DNA of 64,000 bases, taken from positions 48,616 through 112,615 of the forward strand of contig JAGAFD010000007.1 of assembly GCA_017612805.1 (NCBI GenBank), written 5' to 3'. Made by a program: the position numbers and the translations under genes. Position 1 is the first letter of the stretch. Every line of letters begins with the position of its first letter. Below, in pieces: positions 9,247 through 18,731 of this stretch. Origin of the DNA: Bacilli bacterium. Lineage in GTDB: Bacteria; Bacillota_I; Bacilli_A; RF39; UBA660. The notes below the pieces were generated by a model that saw nothing but the letters and a program-made list of their open reading frames with translations, made no database searches and was not told the DNA's origin.

Positions 9247-9965
9247 TGAACTATTTAATTAGAATGCAATATGATGGTTCTAAGTTTAATGGCTTTCAAA
9301 GATTAAAAGATCGCAATACGGTTCAGGAAACTATTGAAAATGCTTTAACAATTATTGATAAAGATAAAGTAATTATTAAGGGTGCTGGTAGAACTGATAA
9401 GGGAGTGCATGCACTAGATCAATGTGCAACATTTAAGATGAATCATGATATTCCAGAAACAAGATTAAAAAACGCTATTAATAGTATTGTTAAACCATAT
9501 ATTTATATAAAAGAAGTTAAAAAGGTTGATGCCGATTTTCATGCAAGATTTAGTGTTAAAGAAAAAACTTATGTTTATAAGATATATCGTGGTGTTTTTG
9601 ATCCCTTCTTAAGCGATTATTGCTTATTTAGAGATAATTTAGATGTTGAAAAAATGAAAAAAGCATCCAAGATATTTATTGGAGAACATTATTTTACTAA
9701 TTTTGTAAGCGGTTTTAGAAAAAATTACGCATCCACCATTTACAGCATTGATTTTAAAGAAGAAAAAGATTTTATTTATATTACTTTTACAGGGATTAGT
9801 TTCTATCAATATATGGTAAGGAATTTAGTTGGTGCGATGATCGCTTATAGTGACGGTAAAACTACGCTTGAAGAGATTAAATACTTACTAGAATGCAAGG
9901 AAAAGAAGCAAATTTTACCAACAAGTAGTCCAAAAGGACTTTATTTGACAAAAATTACTTATTAA
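9246..9965 (+). CDS. truA: tRNA pseudouridine(38-40) synthase
   Basis: YDGS.F.GFQ, GAGRTDKGVHA, FHARF, F.QYMVR. Confidence 0.97.
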   Translation: MNYLIRMQYDGSKFNGFQRLKDRNTVQETIENALTIIDKDKVIIKGAGRTDKGVHALDQCATFKMNHDIPETRLKNAINSIVKPYIYIKEVKKVDADFHARFSVKEKTYVYKIYRGVFDPFLSDYCLFRDNLDVEKMKKASKIFIGEHYFTNFVSGFRKNYASTIYSIDFKEEKDFIYITFTGISFYQYMVRNLVGAMIAYSDGKTTLEEIKYLLECKEKKQILPTSSPKGLYLTKITY

Positions 9966-10011
9966 TCGAATATTTTGTTTGACTTATTAGATATTTTTGC
10001 TATAATCTAAA

Positions 10012-10089
10012 TTGGTACATTTTATTGGTTGTTTTACTAATAACCCTGGGAAAGTTAGAAAGCAAAACAGCGATGAAAGGAAAAAAATT
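10012..10089 (+). promoter_or_regulatory. Probable L13 leader (ribosomal protein autoregulatory RNA)
   Basis: 5' UTR of rplM with hairpin GTTTT-ACTAA-TAACCCTGGGAAAG-TTAG-AAAGC, after promoter TTGACT..TGCTATAAT. Confidence 0.6.
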
Positions 10090-10521
10090 ATGAATACTTA
10101 TATGGAAAATAAGAATACTGTAAAGCATGAATGGTATATTATTGATGCTGAAGGTAAAAACTTAGGTCGTGTTGCAACTAAAGCTGCTACATTATTAAGA
10201 GGAAAACATAAACCTACATTTACTCCACATATGGATTGTGGTGACTATGTTATCATTATTAATGCTGGTAAAGTTAATTTAACTGGTAATAAATTAAATG
10301 ATAAGATGTATTATAATCATTCTGGATATCCAGGAGGATTAAGAGAACGTAATGCTAAATTAATGTTAGAAAAATATCCTGAAGAAATGGTTGAAAGAGC
10401 TGTTAAAGGTATGTTACCTAAAGGAAGATTAGGAAGAGAGTTATATACTAAATTATATGTATATGCTGGTGCTGAATATGATCAAGTAGCTCAAAAACCA
10501 ATTGCTATGGATATTGATTAG
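10090..10521 (+). CDS. rplM: 50S ribosomal protein L13
   Basis: [29 protein letters not shown]. Confidence 0.98.
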   Translation: MNTYMENKNTVKHEWYIIDAEGKNLGRVATKAATLLRGKHKPTFTPHMDCGDYVIIINAGKVNLTGNKLNDKMYYNHSGYPGGLRERNAKLMLEKYPEEMVERAVKGMLPKGRLGRELYTKLYVYAGAEYDQVAQKPIAMDID

Positions 10522-10531
10522 GAGGGTATAT

Positions 10532-10951
10532 ATGAGTAAGAATCAAGTATGGACTGCAACAGGTCGTAGAAAACGTTCTAGTGCACAAGTTAGATTAACT
10601 AGTGGTACTGGTAAAATTACTGTTAATGGTGTTGATGTTAATGAATATATGCCATACCAAACTTTAGTTATGGATTTAAAACAACCTTTAGTTGTTACTG
10701 GTAACGAAACTAAATTTGACGTTGAAGTAACTGTTAAAGGTGGTGGATTCTCTGGTCAAACAGGAGCTATCCGTTTAGGTATTGCTCGTGCATTAATGTT
10801 ATTTGATGCAGATGCTGATCAAGGTAGAGACGATGCTTATCGTAAAGTATTAAAAGTTAATGGTTTCATTACACGTGATTCTCGTAAGAAAGAACGTAAG
10901 AAACCAGGTCTTAAAAAAGCACGTCGTGCTCCACAATTCTCAAAGAGATAG
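10532..10951 (+). CDS. rpsI: 30S ribosomal protein S9
   Basis: [41 protein letters not shown]. Confidence 0.98.
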   Translation: MSKNQVWTATGRRKRSSAQVRLTSGTGKITVNGVDVNEYMPYQTLVMDLKQPLVVTGNETKFDVEVTVKGGGFSGQTGAIRLGIARALMLFDADADQGRDDAYRKVLKVNGFITRDSRKKERKKPGLKKARRAPQFSKR

Positions 10952-11046
10952 TATTATGTTTATTAAAAGTCTGTTTTTACAGACTTTTTTTATTGTAAAA
11001 TTGTATTTTTTGATATAAAATAGTTAAGCGTTTGGAGGTTTTTTAT

Positions 11047-11745
11047 ATGTTTAAACCAGCAAGATTATTAAGAATACAAAAAAACCGAATGGTTCAATTA
11101 TTTGCTAATGTTTTAAATATTAAATATCATAAATATTATTTACCAGCTATTGATGTAGTTGGAAGTGAAGCTTATGAAATTACCGATAACATGATTTTCT
11201 TTCGTCCATTCAATGATGGTAAAAGAAATGAAGTGCGTTCTTTTTATAAGGGTGGTAAGTTCATAATTAATAATGAAAGTTCATTTAGTCAAATTAGTAA
11301 TTTGGATGATATTATTCTTGAAATGGTTAGATTATATAATAAGGCTTTAGATCGTAATATTGTATTAAATCCTTATTATTTTATGTTAGAATTAACTGAT
11401 AATATTGATGAAAACTATCAAGGTAAAGCAAAATTGGTTATTACTGAATTAGCAATTTGTAATCAAAATATTCCAAGTAGAGATGTCGATAGAATGAAAA
11501 AACATTATGTTAATAAATTTTTAGATTTATTTATTGGATGGAACTTTGGCCTTTCTATTAATCGCAATGAAGAGTTAAGAAAAGCATTGGAAGAATTAAA
11601 TGATCGCGTAATTGATATGGGAATAAGAGAATGGGCTGGTACGATGGAATCGGTTAAATGTGATGAAAATGATAGTGTTATAAGTTACCAATTACCAGCA
11701 GCTAAAGAAGAAGAAGGTTATTATCCTTTAAAACTAGAAATATAA
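11047..11745 (+). CDS. Hypothetical protein
   Basis: Long ORF with SD GGAGG and its own terminator. Confidence 0.7.
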   Translation: MFKPARLLRIQKNRMVQLFANVLNIKYHKYYLPAIDVVGSEAYEITDNMIFFRPFNDGKRNEVRSFYKGGKFIINNESSFSQISNLDDIILEMVRLYNKALDRNIVLNPYYFMLELTDNIDENYQGKAKLVITELAICNQNIPSRDVDRMKKHYVNKFLDLFIGWNFGLSINRNEELRKALEELNDRVIDMGIREWAGTMESVKCDENDSVISYQLPAAKEEEGYYPLKLEI

Positions 11746-11822
11746 CATGTTAACTGTGCGTCTAAAATAGTTATCAAATATTTTAGATGCTTTTTTTATG
11801 ATATAATTTAATTGGTGATTAT

Positions 11823-12875
11823 ATGTTGTATTTAAAGCCAGTTAATTACGAAGATATTGATGAAGAATATCGTGCAATATCATTAATGCCAGCGGATGAA
11901 AATGGTTTTCAAAATGATTATTATGGTGTTTCAAAAGAAGAGTTTAAGAATGTGGTAATTCCTACATTGTTGAATAATTCAAAAGGAATTAATCTTCCAG
12001 AAGGGTATGTTCCATGTACATTTTTCTTTTTATGGGATGATGACCGAATAGTTGGTTTGTTTAAAATAAGACATTATTTAAATGAGAGTTTAAGAAATGG
12101 CGCTGGCCATATTGGAGCGGGTATTCTTAGTGATAGTCGCGGACAGGGATATGGCGTTGAAGGTTTAAGGCTGGCAATTGAAAAATGCCTTGAAATTATG
12201 CCGGAAGATGAAGTATATTTATCAGTTCATAAAACAAATATTCCTTCAATAAAAATGCAATTAGCTAATCATGCTTATCTAGTACGTGAAAAAGAAGAAC
12301 AATTTTTATTTAGAGTTAATCCTAAAATTAAAGATATAACTTTTAGTTTAATCGATTTAGAAAGAAATGATTGGAAAAAAAATGTTGATAAAGATGTAAT
12401 AATTGATGATATTTCAACTAATGATTTTGAAGGTAAGATTGCTTTACTTAATATTAAGGAAGTTAAAGCCCCTTTATGTATCGATTCACCAAACGGAACG
12501 GTAAAGATTGTGGATAAAGGTTATAAACATTTAATGATTGCACCCCAAAATCAAAATTGGTGGCTAACGGCTGTGTTTGATGAAAATGATAATTTAATTG
12601 AAAGTTATTTTAATATTACCAAAGTAAATTGCTTTGATGCTAAAACCCCTTATTTTATTGATATGAAATTAAATGTTTGTATTCCAGCAAATGGAAAACC
12701 AACCATTATGGATGATTCAAAACTAAAAGAAGTATATGATAAAAGCATGATTACTAAAGATGATTATGAAAATGCTTATTTAACGGCAAATAAACTGGTT
12801 AATTTTATTAATAGTAATCATGAACAATATGATAGTTTTATTTATGAACAATATAATAAATTAAAATCGGTTTAA
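11823..12875 (+). CDS. GNAT acetyltransferase fused to a DUF402-like domain
   Basis: IRHYLN..L...AGHIG....RGQGYG; C-terminal WWLTAVFD...ESYFNI, YFIDM.L. Confidence 0.75.
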   Translation: MLYLKPVNYEDIDEEYRAISLMPADENGFQNDYYGVSKEEFKNVVIPTLLNNSKGINLPEGYVPCTFFFLWDDDRIVGLFKIRHYLNESLRNGAGHIGAGILSDSRGQGYGVEGLRLAIEKCLEIMPEDEVYLSVHKTNIPSIKMQLANHAYLVREKEEQFLFRVNPKIKDITFSLIDLERNDWKKNVDKDVIIDDISTNDFEGKIALLNIKEVKAPLCIDSPNGTVKIVDKGYKHLMIAPQNQNWWLTAVFDENDNLIESYFNITKVNCFDAKTPYFIDMKLNVCIPANGKPTIMDDSKLKEVYDKSMITKDDYENAYLTANKLVNFINSNHEQYDSFIYEQYNKLKSV

Positions 12876-12919
12876 AAAAATAAAACAATATCTATGTGAT
12901 ATAATAAAGGTGTTAGAGG

Positions 12920-13432
12920 GTGAATGTGTTGGAGAAAATTATAATTAATACAGATAATTTAAATGATAGTGAAATTGATAAATATAATAATAAAGTACGT
13001 GCTATTTTGATTAAAGATAATAAATTATTAATTTCACGCTATGCCGGTATTACTTTATTACCCGGTGGTAAAGTTGATAAAGATGAATCTTTAGATGAAG
13101 CAATAACACGTGAATTAAAAGAGGAAACGGGAATTATTTATAATGAAAATGAATTAGAAAAATATTTAGAAGTTAAATATTATCAAAAAGAGTATCCAAC
13201 TCGCACTAACGGAACTATCAATCGTTTACTTACAACAACTTATTATATTGGTAAATACAAAGGAACTAATTTAGATAATGCTAATCGTACTTTATCCGAA
13301 CTATTAAATGGATTTAGTTTAGAATTAGTTGATATTGATAAGTTACCGGAATTGATGGATGAAAAATCAGATAATCCTCGAAAAACATTCTTTGATACTG
13401 AATTAAACGCAGTGGTAAAGACCTTGAAATAG
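12920..13432 (+). CDS. NUDIX hydrolase
   Basis: Nudix box PGGKVDKDESLDEAITRELKEETG. Confidence 0.92.
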   Translation: MNVLEKIIINTDNLNDSEIDKYNNKVRAILIKDNKLLISRYAGITLLPGGKVDKDESLDEAITRELKEETGIIYNENELEKYLEVKYYQKEYPTRTNGTINRLLTTTYYIGKYKGTNLDNANRTLSELLNGFSLELVDIDKLPELMDEKSDNPRKTFFDTELNAVVKTLK

Positions 13433-13498
13433 GTCTTTTTAATTGCTATTTAAAATATTTTGTGTTAGTATATAAACCGATTTAAAGAAGGGGATAAC

Positions 13499-14275
13499 AT
13501 GGAAAAAGAATTACTACGTTTGATTTTTAATTATATTAATGAACATCGTGATCCAGATCTTTTATTTGCTTCAATGATTGGTAAAATTAGATTAGCTAAT
13601 AATTCATTTTTTTATAAAAATACTGCTTTTGAACAAGTAAATATGAAACAAAGTGATGAAGGTTTATTTAGTGCTTGTTATGAAGAAAGATTTGAAAGAA
13701 TTTTACTTGATTTAAATGCATTAGAAAAGATTTATGAAGATATTTTATATAAAAATAGCGGTAAGTTTTTAGAATATGATTTAATGTTTCTTCGTTATAG
13801 TACTTTTTTACAAATTATATTACATGAATGTGAACATGTAGTTCAACATGATGATAACTATATTGGTATTAATGAAGATATGATTGTTAAAGCTTGTCAA
13901 ACCGGCTTGGAAGCAATGATGAATGAAGAAAATCCTGAAAACTTTAACATGTTTTTACGTGAAAACAGGTTTATTAATCCATTAGAGAGATTAGCAGAAA
14001 TTAATTCATTAAAGATAACTATTAATACTTTATCTTCTACATGTTTTATGCCTGTTAATTTATTGAAATATTATCATAATGTTTATGAAAATGTGATTAG
14101 TAACGGTTATGATTATACAAACTGTCCTACTCGATATTTTTTAGGTTTAATAAATCAAGAAGATAGCTTTAATGATCTTGATTCAACTTTAATTGCAAAT
14201 TATCCATTAAGAAAAAGATTAGAATTAGGTTTACCGGTAAGTAAGCAAGAACTATTAAGTATTAGAAATCACTAA
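13499..14275 (+). CDS. Hypothetical protein with HExxH (zincin-like) motif
   Basis: ILHECEHVVQ ... NPLERLA. Confidence 0.6.
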   Translation: MEKELLRLIFNYINEHRDPDLLFASMIGKIRLANNSFFYKNTAFEQVNMKQSDEGLFSACYEERFERILLDLNALEKIYEDILYKNSGKFLEYDLMFLRYSTFLQIILHECEHVVQHDDNYIGINEDMIVKACQTGLEAMMNEENPENFNMFLRENRFINPLERLAEINSLKITINTLSSTCFMPVNLLKYYHNVYENVISNGYDYTNCPTRYFLGLINQEDSFNDLDSTLIANYPLRKRLELGLPVSKQELLSIRNH

Positions 14276-14329
14276 AAACTCTTTATTTTCCAAAAATAAC
14301 TATGTTATAATGGAATTGGGAGGATTTAA

Positions 14330-14878
14330 ATGAAGAAGTTATTTGTTATAGCATTAGCAGCATTAATGTTAGTACCTACGGTAGCTTTAGCTAAAAAGAC
14401 TACAAAGAAAACTTCTAGTGAAGAAGTAGTTGAGTTTAAAGAAACCGCTAAAGTTTATATGTTTAGAGGTGAAGGATGCCCTCATTGCGAAGAAGCTTTA
14501 GAATACTTTGATAGCATTAAAGATAAATATGATTTTGAATTAATTACTTATGAAGTATGGTACGACGAAGATAATAAGAAAATTTTAAATGACGTTGCTG
14601 AAGGTTTAGGAAGAGAAGTTGGTGGAGTTCCATTTATCGTAATTGGTAAAACAGCATTCTCTGGATATTCTGAATCTTATAATAAAGATATTGAAGAAGC
14701 TATTAAAACTGAAGGTGTTAATGGTAACGCTAATGAATCTGTTTCTAAATATGCTAATGGTGCTAAAGAAGACGAAAAGAAAAGTAAAAACTCTGCAATA
14801 ATTATTATTTCGGTATTAGTTGTTGCTGGTGTAGTTGCTTTAATCGTTTTAGGTAGAAAAACAGCAACTGAAGAATAA
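14330..14878 (+). CDS. Surface-anchored glutaredoxin/thioredoxin-like protein
   Basis: Signal peptide, CPHC, GVPFIVIG, C-terminal TM. Confidence 0.85.
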   Translation: MKKLFVIALAALMLVPTVALAKKTTKKTSSEEVVEFKETAKVYMFRGEGCPHCEEALEYFDSIKDKYDFELITYEVWYDEDNKKILNDVAEGLGREVGGVPFIVIGKTAFSGYSESYNKDIEEAIKTEGVNGNANESVSKYANGAKEDEKKSKNSAIIIISVLVVAGVVALIVLGRKTATEE

Positions 14879-14918
14879 TAAAAAATAAAAACACATGATT
14901 TAATGTGTTTTTTTATGT

Positions 14919-15851
14919 CTAAAATTCAAAATATTTAATAGGATTTAAAGTATTACAATCTGTTCCACGAATATAACCTTTATTACCAATAATTTTTAGG
15001 AGCGGTTTAATACTCTTTTTATTATAGATGACATCATAACATGCATTAATAGCATTTATTCCATCAGTTAGGGCATTATTATATAAATCAATCATGGAAT
15101 CAGTTTTAACAATGGTGTTGTCAGAAGGATATACCCATTTACGATGATTAACATTTAAGAAATTATAAGAAATATTATTTTTGCTATATAAGTAATTTCT
15201 TAAAGATTTATTCTTTGGTATTGCATAATAAATACCATTTAAGATATTTGGTCTTCTAATAAGATTCATATATCTTCTAGCACATTTATATCCATAGAAT
15301 AAATAAATACCACCATTAAAGTTATACATATTTAAAAATACTTGATTAATACTAGCAATAGTTGCTTTTTTAACTTTTAAAAATGGAATAAACTCTTTTT
15401 TAATATTATGATTAATTAATACTTTTTGATAATATCTTTGATAAGTAAACAAATCATATTGGGTTTCCATTAAAGAGTGTAGTCCATAATACTTTAATGT
15501 TTCTGGTTTGTGATTATAAATACCAGTTTTATAAACAATATATGGATGCATCGTTGCATCAAGAATTTGATGTAAGATAGATCCGAAGATAAAAGCGTTT
15601 AATTCATCGTTATTTTCGATTTTGGCAATATTTACTAATTCTTCAAAATATTTATTAACATTGATACGATGACATTTCTTACATAAATTAGTACATTCTT
15701 TATGTTTTTTTAAAGAGTATTTTAATAAATCAAAACTTTGTGAAGCCATTTCATAAATTTCATTATAATTATTTAATATTTCTTTAGCTTCTGGCTTAAT
15801 ACTTGCTTTTACTTCTTTAGCAAAAATATTATGGGTTATAAAACTTGGCAT
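14919..15851 (-). CDS. Zinc-dependent phospholipase C family protein
   Basis: MP..TH, H..LD...HPY, H..ME. Confidence 0.8.
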   Translation of the reverse strand: MPSFITHNIFAKEVKASIKPEAKEILNNYNEIYEMASQSFDLLKYSLKKHKECTNLCKKCHRINVNKYFEELVNIAKIENNDELNAFIFGSILHQILDATMHPYIVYKTGIYNHKPETLKYYGLHSLMETQYDLFTYQRYYQKVLINHNIKKEFIPFLKVKKATIASINQVFLNMYNFNGGIYLFYGYKCARRYMNLIRRPNILNGIYYAIPKNKSLRNYLYSKNNISYNFLNVNHRKWVYPSDNTIVKTDSMIDLYNNALTDGINAINACYDVIYNKKSIKPLLKIIGNKGYIRGTDCNTLNPIKYFEF

Positions 15852-15942
15852 ATTATCACCTCTATTTACATTATATCACAATTCTTTTTAACTTTTATTT
15901 AAGTATTGTGATATAATCTATTATATATAATAGGTGATAGAA

Positions 15943-16872
15943 ATGAAAGTAAAGACATTTAAAACCCTTGATGAACAAGTTGAAATATTACGTAATAAAG
16001 GGTTAATAATTGATGATGTTGAATCTACTAAAGAAATACTATTACGCGAAAATTATTTCTTCTTATTAGGTTATCGTCATGTTTTTCTGAAAGATGAAAA
16101 TGGTAGGGATTTTATTCCTGGCACTAATTTTAGAGAGTTATATGCTTTATTTTCTTTTGACCGACAAGTAAGAAACATCGTATTTAAAAACCTATTAATT
16201 ATTGAAAATAATATTAAAAGTATTTTATCTTATCAATTATCTAAGAAATATGGTATTAAAGAACGAAATTATTTAAATCCTAATAACTTTACTAAGGATC
16301 CATCTAAGACTAGACAAGTTAATGATTTAATCAAGAAAATGAAAAGGCAAATAAGAGTTAATGGTGGCCAACATAGTGCAACAATGCACTACTTAACTAA
16401 TTATGGTTATATTCCACTTTGGATTGTTGTTAAAGTATTATCATTTGGAATAGTTTCAGAATTATATTCTATATTAACTAATGAAGATCAAAAAGAAATT
16501 GCCGATTTATTTGATGTTAATAAGAATGATTTAGTAACTTATTTATCAATATTATCAAATTTTAGAAACCTTTGTGCTCATGAAGATATCTTATTTGATC
16601 ATCGAACTCATCGGGTAATTGGTGATACGAAATACCATCATTACTTAAATATTAAACAATCGGAAGGTGAGTTTGTTTATGGTAAGGAAGATTTATTTGC
16701 ATTGATTTTAATATTAAAGCATGTATTGCGCAAGGATGACTTTTCATTAATGGTTAATGAAATTAGTTATGAAATTGATGTTTTAGCGGGAAGATTACAT
16801 TCTATTGAACTAAAAAAGGTTTTAGATTTAATGGGATTCCCTGAAAATTATCGAGATATAGTGAGGTATTAA
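15943..16872 (+). CDS. Abi_2 (AbiD/AbiF-like) HEPN protein
   Basis: FKT.DEQ..IL, ENYF, FDR, PLW....LSFG, HEPN RNLCAH. Confidence 0.85.
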   Translation: MKVKTFKTLDEQVEILRNKGLIIDDVESTKEILLRENYFFLLGYRHVFLKDENGRDFIPGTNFRELYALFSFDRQVRNIVFKNLLIIENNIKSILSYQLSKKYGIKERNYLNPNNFTKDPSKTRQVNDLIKKMKRQIRVNGGQHSATMHYLTNYGYIPLWIVVKVLSFGIVSELYSILTNEDQKEIADLFDVNKNDLVTYLSILSNFRNLCAHEDILFDHRTHRVIGDTKYHHYLNIKQSEGEFVYGKEDLFALILILKHVLRKDDFSLMVNEISYEIDVLAGRLHSIELKKVLDLMGFPENYRDIVRY

Positions 16873-16873
16873 A

Positions 16874-17962
16874 ATGAATATAAAGAAAGTATTATTAAGT
16901 ATTTTATTAGTAATTGTTTGTGTATTCTTTAGTGCGTTAACTACTTTAGGTATTTTATATTTATATCCTAAGAGTACTAAAAAGGTTACTAATGTAAATA
17001 AATTAGAAAAAGAAGTAACAATTACTGACAAAGGTATTAGTGAAGCGGTAGCAAAAGTTTACGATGCTACGGTAGTAGTTATTACTAATAAAAGTGGTAA
17101 GACAGTAAGTAGTGGATCAGGATTTATCTTTAAAAAAGATTCCGGAAAAGCTTATATTATTACTAATAACCATGTAGTATCATCTGGGGATAGTTTTTCA
17201 ATTAAATTATCTAATGAGGATGTTTTAGAAGCTAAATTGGTTGGTAGTGATACATTAGCTGATATTGCAGTATTAAGTGTTGATGGTGATAAAGTTAAGA
17301 GCGTTGCAAAGATTGGTAAAACAACTGATTTAAATGTTGGTGATACTGTATTTGCCGTAGGGGCACCACTTGATTATGAAGCATTTGCGTTTAGTGTTAC
17401 CAGAGGAGTATTATCTGGTAAGGATCGTACTGTAGAAGTATCATTAAGTTCTTCTTATAATGCTGATTGGGTTATGAAAGTTATTCAAACCGATACAGCA
17501 ATTAATTCTGGTAATAGTGGTGGGCCATTATGTAATGTTAATGGTGAAGTAATTGGTGTTACAAATATGAAACTAGCTAAAACTGGTGTTGAAGGTATGG
17601 GATTTGCTATTACGATTGAAGATGCCTTAGATTCAGCTGATAACATTATTAAAGGCATTAAAAAAGAATATCCATATATTGGAATTAGTGTTTATAATGT
17701 TGCTGATTTAGCAGCTTATGGATCAACTTATACCCAAAACTTAAGTAAAGGAGTAATTATCACAAAGATTGATGAAGCTGGTTCAGCAGCTAAGTCTGGT
17801 TTTAAAGTTGGTGATATTATTTTAAAAGTTGATGGTAAAGAAGTTTCTAGTGTTGCAACATTTAGATATGAATTATTCCAACATAATATTGGTGATACGG
17901 TTAAAGTAGTTGTTAGTAGAGATAATGAACAACAAACATTTAGTTTAAAATTAGAAAAGTAA
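16874..17962 (+). CDS. htrA: HtrA/DegP serine protease with PDZ domain
   Basis: TM anchor, TNNHV, DIAV, IQTDTAINSGNSGGPL, PDZ. Confidence 0.95.
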   Translation: MNIKKVLLSILLVIVCVFFSALTTLGILYLYPKSTKKVTNVNKLEKEVTITDKGISEAVAKVYDATVVVITNKSGKTVSSGSGFIFKKDSGKAYIITNNHVVSSGDSFSIKLSNEDVLEAKLVGSDTLADIAVLSVDGDKVKSVAKIGKTTDLNVGDTVFAVGAPLDYEAFAFSVTRGVLSGKDRTVEVSLSSSYNADWVMKVIQTDTAINSGNSGGPLCNVNGEVIGVTNMKLAKTGVEGMGFAITIEDALDSADNIIKGIKKEYPYIGISVYNVADLAAYGSTYTQNLSKGVIITKIDEAGSAAKSGFKVGDIILKVDGKEVSSVATFRYELFQHNIGDTVKVVVSRDNEQQTFSLKLEK

Positions 17963-17983
17963 AAGCTTAAGCTTTTACTTTTT

Positions 17984-18619
17984 TTAATACTTGATAATTA
18001 TTTTTTTACCATAAGTAACAATTAAACCATCGTCTTTCATGTTTTTAAGTTCACGCATCATTGCGCAACGATCGACTCCTAAGTAGTCAGCAAACATAGT
18101 GTAAGTAAAAGGAAGATAGATGGTTTTTGATAATGCTTTTAATGATAGATTGTTAAAATACTCTAATAGCTTATCACGAATAGTTCTTTTACTTAAAATA
18201 TTCATATGTTCATTTAAAATTTCTAGTTGGTTTGATAGAGTAATAAAAATATTATTTAAAAACTTAACTTGAACTTCATTATTACTTTTATAGTTTTTTA
18301 AAATATATTCATAATCAAATAATATGATTTTAGTATCAATAATTGCTTTAATACTTAAGTCGTTGTTATTATCACTGGTAAAGAATTTACCAAAGGTATC
18401 TTTGTTTTCGATGTGTTCAATAATCGTTCTGTTCCCATTGTATTCATATCTGATGATTGCTGCTTCACCATCTTCAATATAACCAATTGTGTTTGTATTT
18501 TTAATATTGGTGATAATAATTGAATCTTTTTTGCAAGTAATTTTTTGCGCTTTGAAAAAATTTAACAGATACTTTACATCTTGCTCTGTTAGCCCGGAAA
18601 ATAAGGAAATATCTGGCAT
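17984..18619 (-). CDS. Crp/Fnr family transcriptional regulator
   Basis: cNMP-binding domain plus HTH (FADYLGVDR.AM.REL). Confidence 0.9.
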   Translation of the reverse strand: MPDISLFSGLTEQDVKYLLNFFKAQKITCKKDSIIITNIKNTNTIGYIEDGEAAIIRYEYNGNRTIIEHIENKDTFGKFFTSDNNNDLSIKAIIDTKIILFDYEYILKNYKSNNEVQVKFLNNIFITLSNQLEILNEHMNILSKRTIRDKLLEYFNNLSLKALSKTIYLPFTYTMFADYLGVDRCAMMRELKNMKDDGLIVTYGKKIIIKY

Positions 18620-18661
18620 TTTGTATCACCCGAATTCATCTATTTTTATTATATTTGCAAA

Positions 18662-18679
18662 TTGTTGCAAATGCAACAA
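18662..18679. promoter_or_regulatory. Palindromic operator TTGTTGCA-AA-TGCAACAA between the crp/fnr gene and the nrdD operon
   Basis: Perfect 8-bp inverted repeat in the divergent intergenic region. Confidence 0.7.
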
Positions 18680-18731
18680 AAACTTTTTTGATATGATGCT
18701 AAAATGAAATCATGGTAAGGGTAGTGAAAAT

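Noticed and set aside
10012-10089. N-terminal extension of L13
   Set aside because: This is the leader RNA; the protein starts at MNTY (10090).
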